A DNA stretch of 63,175 bases, the filler included, from Lenisia limosa (lineage: Eukaryota; Protista; Breviatea), in NCBI GenBank assembly GCA_001655205.1. It is 10 parts of 10 records of this genome, joined end to end, with 100 filler letters (N's around TTAATTAATTAA, not from the genome) between each part and the next. Parts side by side here need not be neighbours in the genome. Positions count along the whole stretch, not along the records: positions 1 to 13,026 come from LPNZ01005591.1; positions 13,127 to 19,211 come from LPNZ01008329.1; 8 more parts are not named here. One strand, given 5' to 3'. A model generated the notes under the pieces. It was not told where the DNA came from and ran no database searches. It was given only the letters and a program-made list of their open reading frames with translations. Shown piece after piece: positions 1 through 13,169 of this stretch (position 1 is its first letter; every line of letters starts with the position of its first letter). Both the position numbers and the translations under genes were made by a program.

Positions 1-3000
1 GCTGTGTGGCGAAGGCCATGACAGCACCGTCATGCAGTGCGCGGCCGAGGCCTGTTTTGCGGTGAATTGCGCGGACATATGACAGGACGCGGCCCAGGGT
101 ACGAAGCGAATAGTGTGGCCTTTGGTTGGCCCCGTCAAAGAGTTGTCTAATGCGTCAGGAAGAGCGGAAATGGTAACGACTACAAACGAACTCCAAAACC
201 TTACCCTTCAGCAACAAGCTGTCTGGCCTTGGCGTAGAAGTCCACAATTTTGGCCACTGGCGGAGAGCTGTGGACATCTTTCAAATAGTTAGACACGACG
301 GCCTGGAGGTCAGCCTCGTCCGTGAGATCCTCGACATAGAGCTCTGTGAAACGGTTCCTCACACCTGAGGGGGGTTAGTGTGAAAGCCGTCCACACCACC
401 ATGCTAATAAGGTTCTTGAAGATTCAGGTTGTCGTCATCCAATTCAGTACACATCGTTTTCTCCGTTCCCAGCTTTAGATGGTGACTCACATTTCTACCA
501 TCATATTCCCCTTTACATCAGTACCCCAGGACCCACCCGGCGGGAGGTCTCTCTTTCCGACGTCTGTGGGAGGGTTCATGCAGGCGAAGAGTCTGAAGTT
601 CTCGTGTGGCTTGATAACCTCTATGTCCCCGGACTCGGTCAGGGATAGTGTGCTGTGAGGAGGTCAATGCCAAAGCTTCACATCATAACAGCTCAATTCC
701 AAAACTTCATAACAGCTCAATTCCAAAACTTCATATCATAACAGCTCAATTCCAAAACTTATAAACATAATCCCAAATTGAAGTTTCTTGAAATATGCCC
801 CCCTCCCCCCCACCCTCGTTTGCCTTCTAAAAGTGTGTTCAGAGCCTCTAAAGTCTCGGGGGTGGCAAGATTGGCCTGCGATTATCAGAAATGTTGTTAT
901 TGGAAGAGGGTTGTCAAAAGTATAATTTGATAAGAGATTAAAACAGTGATAGTGGGGGTTGATCGCACCTCGTCCAAAAGTATCCATCTGCCTTCCCGCA
1001 CAGCCTTGACCAATGTGCCTTCAACGAAAGAAAACGCGAAAGAGTTCTTAATCTACACAGGTCAGATATCCCATTGCAATGAGAGCCAAAAAGACTAAAC
1101 CCATAAATGCATAGCCCACAATGTCTTTCTGAGCCTGGAACTTGGCCACACAAGAGGCGAGGTGAACCCATTCGCTGACAAGGGGGTCGGGAGACGAACC
1201 ACTTGTCTCAACTTGTCGCTTGGATCCTTCGCTGAGGGTGGCTGGGGGGGGGGGGNNNNNNNNNNNNNNNNNNNNNNNNNNNNNNNNNNNNNNNNNNNNN
1301 NNNNNNNNNNNNNNNNNNNNNNNNNNNNNNNNNNNNNNNNNNNNNNNNNNNNNNNNNNNNNNNNNNNNNNNNNNNNCTCCCCCAACTCTCATTGACAACA
1401 GTTTGCTCAGCACCCGTGTCGGTTTTCCTGGTCTTTGCAGCAGTGCCTCCGATTTCAAGTTTAGCGTACGCCATGGTACAAGCCTGGCTGACACACTGGA
1501 TGACCTTGGCCCACTTCTGCTTGACTTGGTACTTCAACGTCGCTTCTACACTCGTGAGCAAGATAACAAAATATCGAGTATTGCTGTGGCAATTAAAAGC
1601 ACAGAGTCATAGGAGTCTTAACTGCTCGAAAATAAATTGATGCCTCAATAATACTATGAGCAATAATCCCTCTCCCACCCGCCATCCCAATCATCACCAT
1701 CCTCTCCATCACAAACACTCCGCCTTCCCAATCATCACCAAAAAGAACATTCTGATGTAAATCCTCGATAAAACCCGATATTCCTCTTCGACCCCTTGAA
1801 AGCCCCAACCCTCGCACCAATGAACTTGGAGTTTTCTGCAGCAGGGAAGGTGGCTGGGAAGATGTTCATCAACTTCTCCACCAGAGGGGAACAAAGTAGG
1901 CCAAGCTCAACTGGCCTAGGAGGTGAGGAGTGTTACTAATGAAAACACTGAAAGTAGGGGAGAAGGTTTAATTCCGAGAGTGAAAGAATGGGACGAGTTC
2001 AATCGAGAGACAGCGTATACTTGTGTGCTGGAGAGAGCGTGAGTGAGAGAGAATGAAATAGATGGAAACACTCAAAAGAGCGGTGGCCTCGATTCGAACC
2101 TGAAGCCTCCAAGAAGGTCGGCAGTGTCTGTTTGCTGGCTCAGATTCACTACGTCAAGCTTATGGCCAAGGATCTGGGCTACATGCTGCACTACTGAGGT
2201 CTGAGGGGGGGGGGGGGGGGGNNNNNNNNNNNNNNNNNNNNNNNNNNNNNNNNNNNNNNNNNNNNNNNNNNNNNNNNNNNNNNNNNNNNNNNNNNNNNNN
2301 NNNNNNNNNNNNNNNNNNNNNNNNNNNNNNNNNNNNNNNNNNNNNNNNNNNNNNNNNNNNNNNNNNNNNNNNNNNNNNNNNNNNNNNNNNNNNNNNNNNN
2401 NNNNAAAACCCAGAATCAACCCTGTTGGCTAAGCATTGGGGGATGAATACAAAAAAATGGAGATAGTGTGCTTAAATCCTCACCTTTCCCGTTCCGGTTT
2501 CTCCAACGAGGAGAGTAGGCTCATGGCGCGACACACACGCGGCAACAGACTGCATCACTCGTCTGGCCTGGGGGGGGGGTGAGCAATGGTGTGATAATCA
2601 CGCATGACAGTAACAAGTCAAACAGCACTAAAGGTACAAAATCCTTGATATTGTAAGCAGTAGTCCTACTTGAGATGTGTGAGTGAAGTTGTGCTGGTTC
2701 ATGATCATCTTGGAAAAACTGACTTCCTAATCAAGATGATCTTTTGATCAAAAGAATGACAAAGGGTTAAGATAACACAAATGATGGGACGGCGGAAATA
2801 CTGTTCATATCAATATTTGATCATAAAAACCATCAGTCATTATTTACTAAGAGAAGCACTAGGCCCACGACGCACCCGTTCGGCCTTAAGAGGGACGTTG
2901 ATACGACCGATGTTGAGCATGGACGTTGTGCAGTTAACATGGGGGCTGTCCTTGGTGATGAGGTACTCCATTCCACGGGGCAGGCTTAGATGCCGTGCTG

Positions 3001-6000
3001 GCGGGTAAATACTAACTAGTTTGGTTTTAATGAAATAAAATTGCCTGACAATCCCACGTAAACAATAGCAACCCCCGTACCAATACGCTCGACCAGCTCA
3101 GCACGTGCGTCCATTTTCGGGACTAAGTTACAGAAAACGTCCACTGCTTCGCGAAGTAAACTCTCACGAACCTGGAGATGGAAATGAATGGGGGGGGGGG
3201 GATCCATAGGNNNNNNNNNNNNNNNNNNNNNNNNNNNNNNNNNNNNNNNNNNNNNNNNNNNNNNNNNNNNNNNNNNNNNNNNNNNNNNNNNNNNNNNNNN
3301 NNNNNNNNNNNNNNNNNNNNNNNACATACCATATTTGCGTCCATTTCCGTGACGTTGCCTTTGATGATGCTGGATCCGCGATCTGCCCACTTCAGCAGGT
3401 CACGTGCGGTGACATAACGCCCGGCACCAAGCGGCCGCGACGGAAGATCGTCTGACCACGTGTTCTCGTAGAGGTGGGTTGCTGAACCCCCAAGAACAAT
3501 ACCCTAAACATGTTACCTTGAAAAAGATGATCGATTATTTCAGAACGCTTCGAAAATGTGAAACTGATTTGTGGATAATCATTACAAGCCATAATCCTCG
3601 CACCCTGTCAACACCCTTGGTTCCGGTTCGGATGGACTCGTATGCCGCGATCATTTCCGGCACAGCTGGCGCCAAATTAGGGTGACGTGACGCGATGATG
3701 GCAGCTAACTCGCGCGGGGGAAGGGGGTCCAGGGGCACCTATGGAGGAAGTTAAAATGGAAAATTAATGAAACATAAAAAAAATCCAAAATCAACTCCTG
3801 GGTGAGAGAAATTGCGGAGTATTCACAAAGAGAATAATTTAGGAATAAAGGGTGGGAGTATTAGTTGCGTTTGTAGCAAAAGTGACAATTAATACCCCAC
3901 CCTGCGACAATCGAAACCAGTCCAAGCGAAAGGCAATACCCCCCCTTAATACCTGGGTCCACAACTGGATGAATGCCGGAGGGATGGCTCTCGACGCGGA
4001 TGGTGATGACGTGGCAAAGATCTGAAAAGCCGGACCGCAAGTCAGCACCGATCCTGTGATCGTTAGCCCCATGGGGATGGGAGATATTATCATGGCGATG
4101 CCAATTGTGAAATATACATACCTCTTGCAGGGTTATAAAGCTCGCGAGTCTCCAAGAGGGGGATCAAAAGGCTCTGAATGTGGTAAAACAGTAAAGTAAC
4201 AGAATTAACCGAGCCTGATAATACTCCACCCCAGTACCTGGACATCTGCCGGCGCCTTGTCAAGGTCCTCAATAATGACCCACCATCCTTCCGACACGGC
4301 TCGCGTTAACGCTCCGGCCGCCCATCTGCAAAATCAGACTCCATTGTATAGTGTGGGTTTTACGCTGTGCTTCTCCTTGGCTGGCTTTATCATCATGCTC
4401 TTTTTTTTGGAAACAACAGCATGCCAGTATTTCTTTTCTCAAGACTCGGATTAAACTGTCAAAAAGATACTAAGGTATCTGGGTAGGGACTAATCTCCCT
4501 CGCCAAACCTGAATTCTCCAGGAACTTCAGTGGCAACGTAGCTGCCCACAAGAACCTTGGCATCAACCTGTATGGTAAGTACTCTCTGGAAACAACAAAA
4601 GGTGAATGCTGATTTTCTCATAAGGTAAGTCCACAAAAGTTAGTGTATTTAAATCTTAAAGTTCATCTCATATGACGTTAAATATGGAAATTCATCTTCT
4701 TCACCCACCTGGTCGCCCATATGCAGGGTAAGGAGCGTGGACGCCTTGCCACATTTGCGTGCAAGTTCGGCCACAAGACTGCTCTTGCCGCACCCGGTTT
4801 GGCCTGTCACAAGTACCGGGGCGTGTTGACACACAGCGGTGGCGAGAGATCCGAGGTTGTGCGTTGTCGTATCCGTCGGGACAAGAGGCAAAGGCACACG
4901 GTAGCTGTCCACATCATCATGGTCGGCTCGGAGAAGGAGGCCGTCCACTTCAACAAGGGATGTGGGAAGCGAGTCGGAAGCCACAATGGCTGGGTTATCG
5001 GCTCCGGCCGCGAAGGCCACGGCCATTTCCAAACTCTGGTCCAAACTGGTGTCGAGGCTGAGGGGGGGGGGGGTNNNNNNNNNNNNNNNNNNNNNNNNNN
5101 NNNNNNNNNNNNNNNNNNNNNNNNNNNNNNNNNNNNNNNNNNNNNNNNNNNNCAAGTAGGGCTTCACTTCGGTTCGAAAAAAGACTGCATTTCTCGAAAA
5201 ATCCTCAAAAACTATCGATATTTTACCGGTCTTTTTCGAACCGAAGTGAAGCCCTAGTTACAATACAATCAGGCAGTGCATCACATTATGTCATATAGTA
5301 TACCATGAAACCCCCATCCAATTGTTATTGTTGATACAGTTTCCTTAATAAAAATAGATCCACTTTATAACACTATCCTGTTAATCCCCGGGCGCATACC
5401 AGTCCTTGACCACAAGATCGGGGTGGTCGGCCCGGGCGGCTCGGAGGAACTCCTTCCGTCGGCTCGGCGTGACCTTCAAAAGCAACGAAATAATGTCGAC
5501 TGCGTGATAGCGGGCTTCGGGACAGGGGTGCAGGGCTGTGACGCGGAAGAGGGGGCTCCAGTCCCAGCCAGCTTGGTCAGATGAGGTCACATGCGTGATG
5601 AGGGTGGCTGCGGACCGAAGGTATGGCGTCAGGATGTTTCCCTATATGGTAAGTAACAATAAACCTTGGGTCAAAATGGACCGAAATGACAAAAAAAGGA
5701 AATAATAATGCGAAAGTCAGAGAAAAAGTAAGAGATATTCGTAGAGTTACTTCTGTTTTGCTCCAGCCCATTCAAATTTCTCAAAAAACAAGCGATAGTT
5801 GACGGGGCAGTTACGAAATAAAAGGGACCCACAGTATCATTTCTAATCTGGTCGTCAGATGATGTGTGTAAAACTGCCAAAGGCGCTGTGGAGCCTCGAA
5901 ACATCTGGGAAACAGACCTGAAAGATGACGGGGGGTATTGTAAAAAGGATCTATGCCTGGCCGAAGCCTTTAACAATCTTATAATCTCATGATGAAAGAA

Positions 6001-6420
6001 TAATCCACCTCACGGAATAACAGCCGACATGCCGGATCTAATGATCATGCCAAAAGCGGTGACGGCGGCGAAGAGACAACCCGGTCCCGATAAGTCCTGG
6101 GTACGTCATAAATATAACATGATCCATATAGAAATGAGCAATTGAAAAAGGTGGCCTAAGGATATTGGAGCCTTAACACGATTACATCTTTGTGCATCTT
6201 TGTTTTACATTTGCAAAAACTTCCCAATTACCACCCCCCCCCCCTCCACCAGGGAAGTCTGAGCCACAGCAACCANNNNNNNNNNNNNNNNNNNNNNNNN
6301 NNNNNNNNNNNNNNNNNNNNNNNNNNNNNAAGATGACGCACAACCAGTAGGGCGGCGGCGGGGGTGAAGAGCAGGTCCGAGAGAGGAGCAAGCATGGCCT
6401 CAGGAATGGGACAGGCCCAT
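1..6420 (-). CDS. MDN1: Midasin (Rea1/MDN1) AAA ATPase, 5' part: N-terminal domain, AAA1 and AAA2. Multi-exon, runs off the window start; start codon not located.
   Basis: Spliced peptides match midasin in order: WDWSPLF (~5550), PVLVTGQTGCGKSSLVAELA (Walker A, ~4800), QVDAKVLVGSYVATEVPGEF, VVNLSQQTDTADLLGGF (~2150), SFAFSFVEGTLVKAVREGRWILLDEV (Walker B, ~1000), HENFRLFACMNPPTDVGKRDLP (~570), RNRFTELYV (~350), DGANQRPHYSLRTLGRVLSYV (~100). Introns are GT-AG. Confidence 0.95.
684..760. repeat. Intronic 24-bp tandem repeat x3
   Basis: cataacagctcaattccaaaactt at 684, 708 and 737. Confidence 0.9.
5159..5254. mobile_element. MITE family 1, near-consensus copy (96 bp, TA-flanked), in a midasin intron
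   Basis: TA-GGGCTTCACTTCGGTTCGAAAAAAGAC...GTCTTTTTCGAACCGAAGTGAAGCCC-TA; ~27-bp TIR. Confidence 0.9.
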
Positions 6421-7239
6421 TGGATCTATGATCGGTTATAATAACTGTGATTGAAAGATGGATATATAGTTGCTGAAATGTGTGAAGTAACGCAATCTCA
6501 AAAAATAGCAATAAAATAGCTAAAATAATAATAAGTCTGCCCTATCTTTGTCAGAGAAACTCGAAATAAACCATCTTCCAAAATATGAAAGATACCATAT
6601 ATACTTTGTTTTGAAGCACCAATTCAATTGACTTGAGAGCTTCTTCCACGATGACAAAACTATATCGTTACAAGATCATCAGATTTAACTGTTGATTTGG
6701 TAGCCCAAATGCACTTTTCAATATATACGCGTGCTTTCCTTTGGGTCTGACCAAGATGATAATTAACACATCTAACACTGAACATCAGTTAAATCAAAGA
6801 CCATACAAAGCCGTCATTCTAATGACTATCTTTTGGTCTTGGGATGTAAGTCAGCAACCATATCATGCAGATATTTACAGAATGAGGCTGATCAGACCCT
6901 GCTGTTCCTATTCAAGAGATTTTTAGGCTTCTGAGGGTAAACATCATGTGTTTATTGAGCTTTAATTAAGAAAGAAGCCCTCTTTTATGAATCATTTTTT
7001 TATATATATTTATTGTTAAATTAAATATGGTCTTTTTTTTTTTTTTTTTTTTTTTTTNNNNNNNNNNNNNNNNNNNNNNNNNNNNNNNNNNNNNNNNNNN
7101 NNNNNNNNNNNNNNNNNNNNNNNNNNNNTTGCTTTGTCATGTCCTGTAAAATGGGTTTACTAGTCAAAGGAGTATGAACATGCTGTATACTCTGCTGGTT
7201 TTCAATTTCTGTTGAAAATGTCTGGGTATATCAAATGGA

Positions 7240-7657
7240 TAGTTTGAGTATTGTCATGAAGCCTCATTCTGTAATATCTGCATCCTCAACAAATGGTTTA
7301 CAACACCCAACCCCAAAGTTGTCCCTTCATCCTACTTATTGCCAAGAGAGGCGGATCTGAAAAGAGCGATCAGTTGTGTGAAGCCACCATCAGCGACAAA
7401 GGTTGGATAGATCGTCTCGTGGGAGAGGAGGAAAGACTGAACACAGTGAAATACCGATCGGAATAAACGAATAACTATCAAAACGCACTATTTCAAACTT
7501 ACGTGGAGTTTAGAAAGGTCTTCTGAATCATCTGAATGTTGGAGCAACGCAGCCCAGGCATGGGTTGTGCTATTGATCTCCTATATTTGGTTAATAAACT
7601 GCATTTCTGCAGAGCTTTCGGCCAATGAGAAACAACAGAACATGACCAAACCTTCAT
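7240..7657 (-). CDS. Unidentified multi-exon gene fragment upstream of midasin (separate small gene or N-terminal extension)
   Basis: Three exons splice in frame from an ATG at 7657: MK|EINSTTHAWAALLQHSDDSEDLSKLH|SFLLSHETIYPTFVADGGFTQLIALFRSASLGNK. No family recognised; 3' end unresolved. Confidence 0.45.
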
Positions 7658-7942
7658 TCTTGAAAACGGGGATAACGCGTTAGATAATTCGATTTATAAT
7701 ATAAACATAACCCTTCTAAGCAAACAACACCCGTTAAAAGGGCATTTTCGTGATTTATTTCGGTTTTGTAATTGTTTACAGTGTAACTAGTGTAACTATA
7801 AATGTTGGGAAAAAACGCAGTTAACGCCAAGTTAACGCAGAATAAAGAGCTATTTTTCTTATTTTGATATATATTTCTTTGTTTGATGATTCTTCAGTAC
7901 AGTTTCAAATAATGTAGCCAGGGAATATTTCGTGAATCGACA

Positions 7943-10900
7943 ATGGCAACCGCAACCCCCCTATCCGGTGTTACCGAGCTAGTTGATCCGTATCTTGCAA
8001 AGAGAACGCCATGGAGCGAGCTTCCTGTGGAAATTCAGGTTTGGGTGATAAGCAATTTCACCCCTCTGAAGACCATCTTTGTTGTTTAACATGTTTAGAG
8101 AACATTGGGAAATGCTCGTAGTAACTATGCTCACCATCTCAAACAATACGCCATTTTTCGTCAGGTGTGTTTGGCAACTCTGAATCTTCGCTCGCTGTAG
8201 CTTCCCCAACTAACACACTGGCTACTCCTGGACGGCGTATATTATGGCTGGTATCGCATCTTTTGTTAGGAATAATGAACAAGCTGTAATGTGGCTTGGA
8301 ATAAAGACCCGCCTCCTAACTGTGCTTGACTGAGATCAGGAGAAATGGGACACAAGTTTGCAGTGCACTGAGCCTGAGTACTACCGCGAAATGTTGCAGA
8401 TCTCTACAGAGAAGTTCATGCTGTACCCCTACCATCTCAGGTTTGTTACACTCCCGTAAACTGATAACACGATGAGAACACGCAATTTGATATTTCTATT
8501 TTTCATTCGCACCACCTTAGGCCAGGCTGACCTTTCTAGCCAGATCATTGCGAAGCGGCTCAGGGTTTCACCCTTCAAATACTATCACGAAATGGTAGTA
8601 AACCTCATGAAGCAAGGTGGGTGACAGAAGTGGCTGCTACTTGGTTAAAACTTCCTCTTATATATCTGTTAGTGTCTTTATTTTCTAATGATGTTCTGTT
8701 TTCCTTTCAGTCATACAAAGACTCTTTTCACCTGGCAGATCTACCATACTCAACGCTGCCCAATTGGGTGGCTATTGATGGTGTGCGACTCCTCGAAATT
8801 GGCCGCAACCAATACATCGACATCATGAACAGAGTGCGGGCTAAGGTCTGTTTGTCTTAAGCTGATGCGTTTCGTCTAGCTAAAGAAACTCTTTTTCGAA
8901 TAGTGAATCATCGTATCCTAGACTACTAGAATGGTTTCTTCCTTCCAAAGTGAAGCTCTTATCCTCAGGGTTTCTTCCGCAAAAGGAAGGGAGTGATGAT
9001 GTCGATGCTTCCGAGTCATGCCGCCGCCGTACCCATCCAATCTTGGTGGATTGTGATGCCCATGGCGCTGACTGACGAGGATATCCGCGTGGGAGGGGGA
9101 AAGATGGTGTGATGGATTGGCAAGTATAGGGTATTGTTCCCAAAAATACCAATGAGTTGACCTTGTAGTCCTGCACTGAGCTAGAAAAGGCGATTCTTGA
9201 AATGGTGTGCGACCGTGAGAAGCTGTACTACGCTGGAGAACTGGACTTGCCCACTGTACAGTTGGTGGATGGACTGAGTTTTTGAAACCTGTCTCAATTG
9301 CATAGTATTGCTAATATTAGCGTGATAGAGCCTTATGTTTATTTGAACGAATTGGAAGACGTCATCGCTGTTATGAACCTTCCACGCATGTTGCTGAGAG
9401 GGCCCTCATTTACTCCTTGCAGACTTCTCCATAAGAAGTCCCTCATTTACTTCGACATTCACATTGGCCTATCCGATCGAGTCTCTGGTGGGCAAATGTT
9501 CTTATAGCAGGAAACTGTCTTCAATATATGGCTTTTTTACTATTGTTCATATATAGGAGGTGTAGTGAACTTCGTTTTCGGTCCATAACACAGACTGAAG
9601 TCGAAAAATATCGATAATCATTTATCGAGGCAGTTTCATAACCCCTACAGTGCCACCGCTGGACAACTTTGTGATGAACCGTCTCGGCAAAGACCCGGTT
9701 GAGAACCTGCTATATCGCGTGTTCATGGCGCTGGATGAGCAGTCGTCGGTTATGGATCTTTGTGGGAGGGGCATGTATGGATCTCTGTGGGAGGGGCATG
9801 TATGTGTGGTGGTACATTGAAAGTTAATATTGCTGAGTAAGATGTCAATGATATGAAAAATACACCATAAACGATATATTACTGCAATTAGTGTTATTTC
9901 CAACCCGAAATAGACCACATAAAACTCATCTTTGCAGCATCGGTGCTTCAGCTCCCAGTTCCTCTTGTTAAAGTGAGTGACCACTCTAGTTAGCAGTTCT
10001 ACATAATAGAGCTTGAATCTCACTTATGGACTTTTGAACCCCATGTTTGTTATCCTTATTGTAATAATTCGGTTTTTTGTTTATTTTTTGTTTTTGTTTA
10101 TTACCATCGTCTCTTTGTGATAAGATCTACTTTGGAAATAAAATCGTTTTAAAATGCACTTCGACATTTTAAACTATTTTTCATCGGCATTTCCAATTTT
10201 ACCCCCCCCCCCCCNNNNNNNNNNNNNNNNNNNNNNNNNNNNNNNNNNNNNNNNNNNNNNNNNNNNNNNNNNNNNNNNNACGGCGTCCAAGCCCATCTCG
10301 TGGCACCCGTCATGGATGGACGATGAACGGTCTGTTGCATTAGTTGTATTAGCAACATGCGCTGCCAACAAAAATGAACCATCCCTATACCCTTTCACGG
10401 ACTTAGTCACGTGATTTCGCACAACGGAGGGCAGACGCCTGAGACGCCGAAGGCAGCCCTAGCCGAGTCAGGACGAAGCACTCCGGTCCGGACTGAAACT
10501 CCGCTATCTACCTCTGTTGTCACCCCGGCAAAGTGGGGAGCGGGAGAAGTATTATCTTGAAGATTCTGACTTCTTTGGGCTATTTTGAAATGAGACCATG
10601 CTTGAGGGGTACTTCATTGCTCCTAATCAATCTCACCACCAATCATGCATCACGCCTCCAGAGCAAGCCAAATGCGCATTGGCTTTGTCTTTGACTCCAC
10701 ATTGACCGCTTTTCTTCTCATGGGCAACCTGTCGCAGGGTCTCAAGGTGGGCTTCAATGAAGGTTGAATGTGGCGATTATGGCGATTCTAATGGATTAGC
10801 TATAATATGATAAATTATGGTGGATTATGATTAAAACAAATATCTCGTATTTGATCAAAGAGAATGAACAGTGTAGTGTGAACCTTCCCCTTACTCCGTA

Positions 10901-13026
10901 GTCGCACGGCGTGACGCTCTTTGAAGTGGGTAAACTCCCCGAGGAAACCATCCCGCAGTTCCTCAAGGAGCTTGATGGGGTCAATCTTGTGACTGAAGGT
11001 GGGGACAGAATCGACCGGCCTTGGATTTTTTGCGCGATGTCACTCATTTTAGGCTCTTTTTTTCAACATCTATTTTCAAATGTTAAGCCAAAAAAATTGA
11101 TTAAGGCCTTTTTTTTGTTTCATTTTCATCCCCCCAGGAGAAACAGAGCAGTATTTCACCCACGCGGTGGCCCTCCGTGAAGTCATTCGCTTCCTGAGAT
11201 GGAATCCGAAACTACCGATTGGACGATCTAAAGATCTGAACCCTCCGGCCGCAGACCTTATGCAGTTCTCAGACGAGGATAATGATGCAGATGAGGAGAG
11301 AATTGGTGACAAGTGGGGAAGTTAATGATCTGAGCTGTAAACATAAAAGCTCTATGAATAATATCTGAATTCTATGAATAAGTAAAACGTTTTCTTCACG
11401 TCATTCTCCCTTTTCTTTCACCCCTAACGGATCATTAGATCGGAGTCAGACTACTTCCAACTCACTCCCGCCCCGGCCGAGCCAACTGACTTTCTAAAAG
11501 AGGAAAGCGAGAAAGAACATGAGGCAGAACCGAGAACAGATGATAAGGAACCTGGGGCTGAGGATGCCCCGGTGACTTTAGCCGACCTCACTGAACCCGT
11601 CCCATCAAGTCTGGGGTCTCGATGCTATCAAGGATAAGGCGGTGCTTGTTGGTGTTCTGGAGTGCTTATTGGAGTTCTGATGTTTTAGTATTTTGTGTTC
11701 TTCTTTATGATTATTATCATAGTTTGTTAACCTTGTTCATGCAAAGTTCATCGTTTTAGCCCTTTACTTATCTTTGCATCACATGCCTCCAATTTTCATT
11801 CTCGAACTCACGCTACAGGGCCAATTGACCAGTTGAGGACCCTCAAGATCGAGGCTGCGTCGGAGTCCTCCACACCCACTCCCGTGTCGTCTCGTGCCCC
11901 GGATGTGCCCATCCTTGTAGGCTACTGCACTGAGGGCATATGATATACGAGGTAGTTCCAATAAAGAACGGGAACAGCAGAATCGACTGGTTTGCACCAG
12001 TGCTCATAGATTCCCCATGTTTTTTTTTTAAAAAAAATGATTAGCGGTATCTTGCACCCCCACTCCTGACAAAAGTTTGATAGTGATGCTTTTCTGTTCT
12101 CACCCCTCCCCCAGAATCTCCGTCGGCCAGCCGAAAAGCCGCTACAGGCCTGTGACGTGGCCGACCTCAGCCCGTCCGGCGTGGGCGTCGACCTCATTCG
12201 CTGCGAGAGTCTCATGGAGCTTGACCCCGAGACCAGACAGAGGGTGAGCAGGTATTTACGTTTTTGGCCCGAGCTTTATTTGTATTCGAAGTGTGTTCCA
12301 AGCCAAGACTCTCCTTTCGGACCCAAACAGCTCTCAAAACAATTTTACGTCCAATTGTGTCATATGTTGGATTAGTGGCTATTGGAACCAGAGGACCTTA
12401 CCGCGTAGATGCTTGCCCACAAATACGGCGCTCTCATCTGCATGACCGGCCTTTCGAGGGAGACAACGCCTTTAACGTCCATCAATCCTCCTGTTATCGG
12501 CCCTATTGCACATGAGGTGGGAATGTTCGATATCTTCTCAAGAACCTATTTGGGGTTTGTTTTGTTCCATATGCTGTTTCAGAACATATGATATCTCTTT
12601 TTTAATCATTTCAAGAAGAGAAAATTACAATGTTTTATCCAGAGTGTTTTCTTTCATTATCACACAGGTGCTCGTCACAGCGTGGAAGCATAACCATATA
12701 TAAAATGCGTACAATCTAAAATCGACCCAAAAGTGACATGAGATGACGTCACAGATGTACTCGCCATGGTGGCACCTCTTTGTGAGTGTGGCCGCAGGGT
12801 CCGGGCCGCCCTCAGTTCTTTTCCCTGCCGGCGTCAAGGTACCGCATCTGCCGCCGTGTCTTGCTGTGGGGAGTGTGGATGTATCATGTAATTCTGTGAT
12901 TCACCACATGTATTGATAGCGCTGTGTATGGGGATGTTATTAGTTGGCCAAGAGAGTCGTTTTTTATGTCTTATGTACAGTTCTATTAACCTGCAGACCT
13001 CGCATGAGGTTGAGGTCCACACCTGG
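7943..13026 (+). CDS. FAM91A1: FAM91A1 family protein, 3'-truncated at scaffold end
   Basis: ATG at 7943. Exons give [105 protein letters not shown]|[21 protein letters not shown] and [10 protein letters not shown], colinear with animal FAM91A1 motifs. Confidence 0.93.
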
Positions 13027-13126
13027 NNNNNNNNNNNNNNNNNNNNNNNNNNNNNNNNNNNNNNNNNNNNTTAATTAATTAANNNNNNNNNNNNNNNNNN
13101 NNNNNNNNNNNNNNNNNNNNNNNNNN
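13027..13126. other. Artificial scaffold linker N44-TTAATTAATTAA-N44 (also 19212-19311, 21394-21493, 39136-39235, 41320-41419, 46850-46949, 53200-53299, 58974-59073, 61896-61995)
   Basis: Nine identical 100-nt units whose core gives stops in all six frames; gene content is discontinuous across each. Confidence 0.97.
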
Positions 13127-13169
13127 AAGTACAATTGGACAATTTATAACACAACCAAATAAACCCAAA

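Noticed and set aside
1048-1561. ORFs containing long X or poly-P/poly-G runs
   Set aside because: Produced by N gaps and flanking G/C homopolymers.
5159-5254. MITE family 1 as a general introner (intron-creating element)
   Set aside because: Most copies lie inside larger introns away from splice sites. Only 60413-60543, and loosely 9565-9650, touch possible boundaries.
13071-13082. TTAATTAATTAA palindrome recurring nine times
   Set aside because: Always centred in exactly 44+44 N; it is an artificial six-frame-stop linker, not a biological motif.
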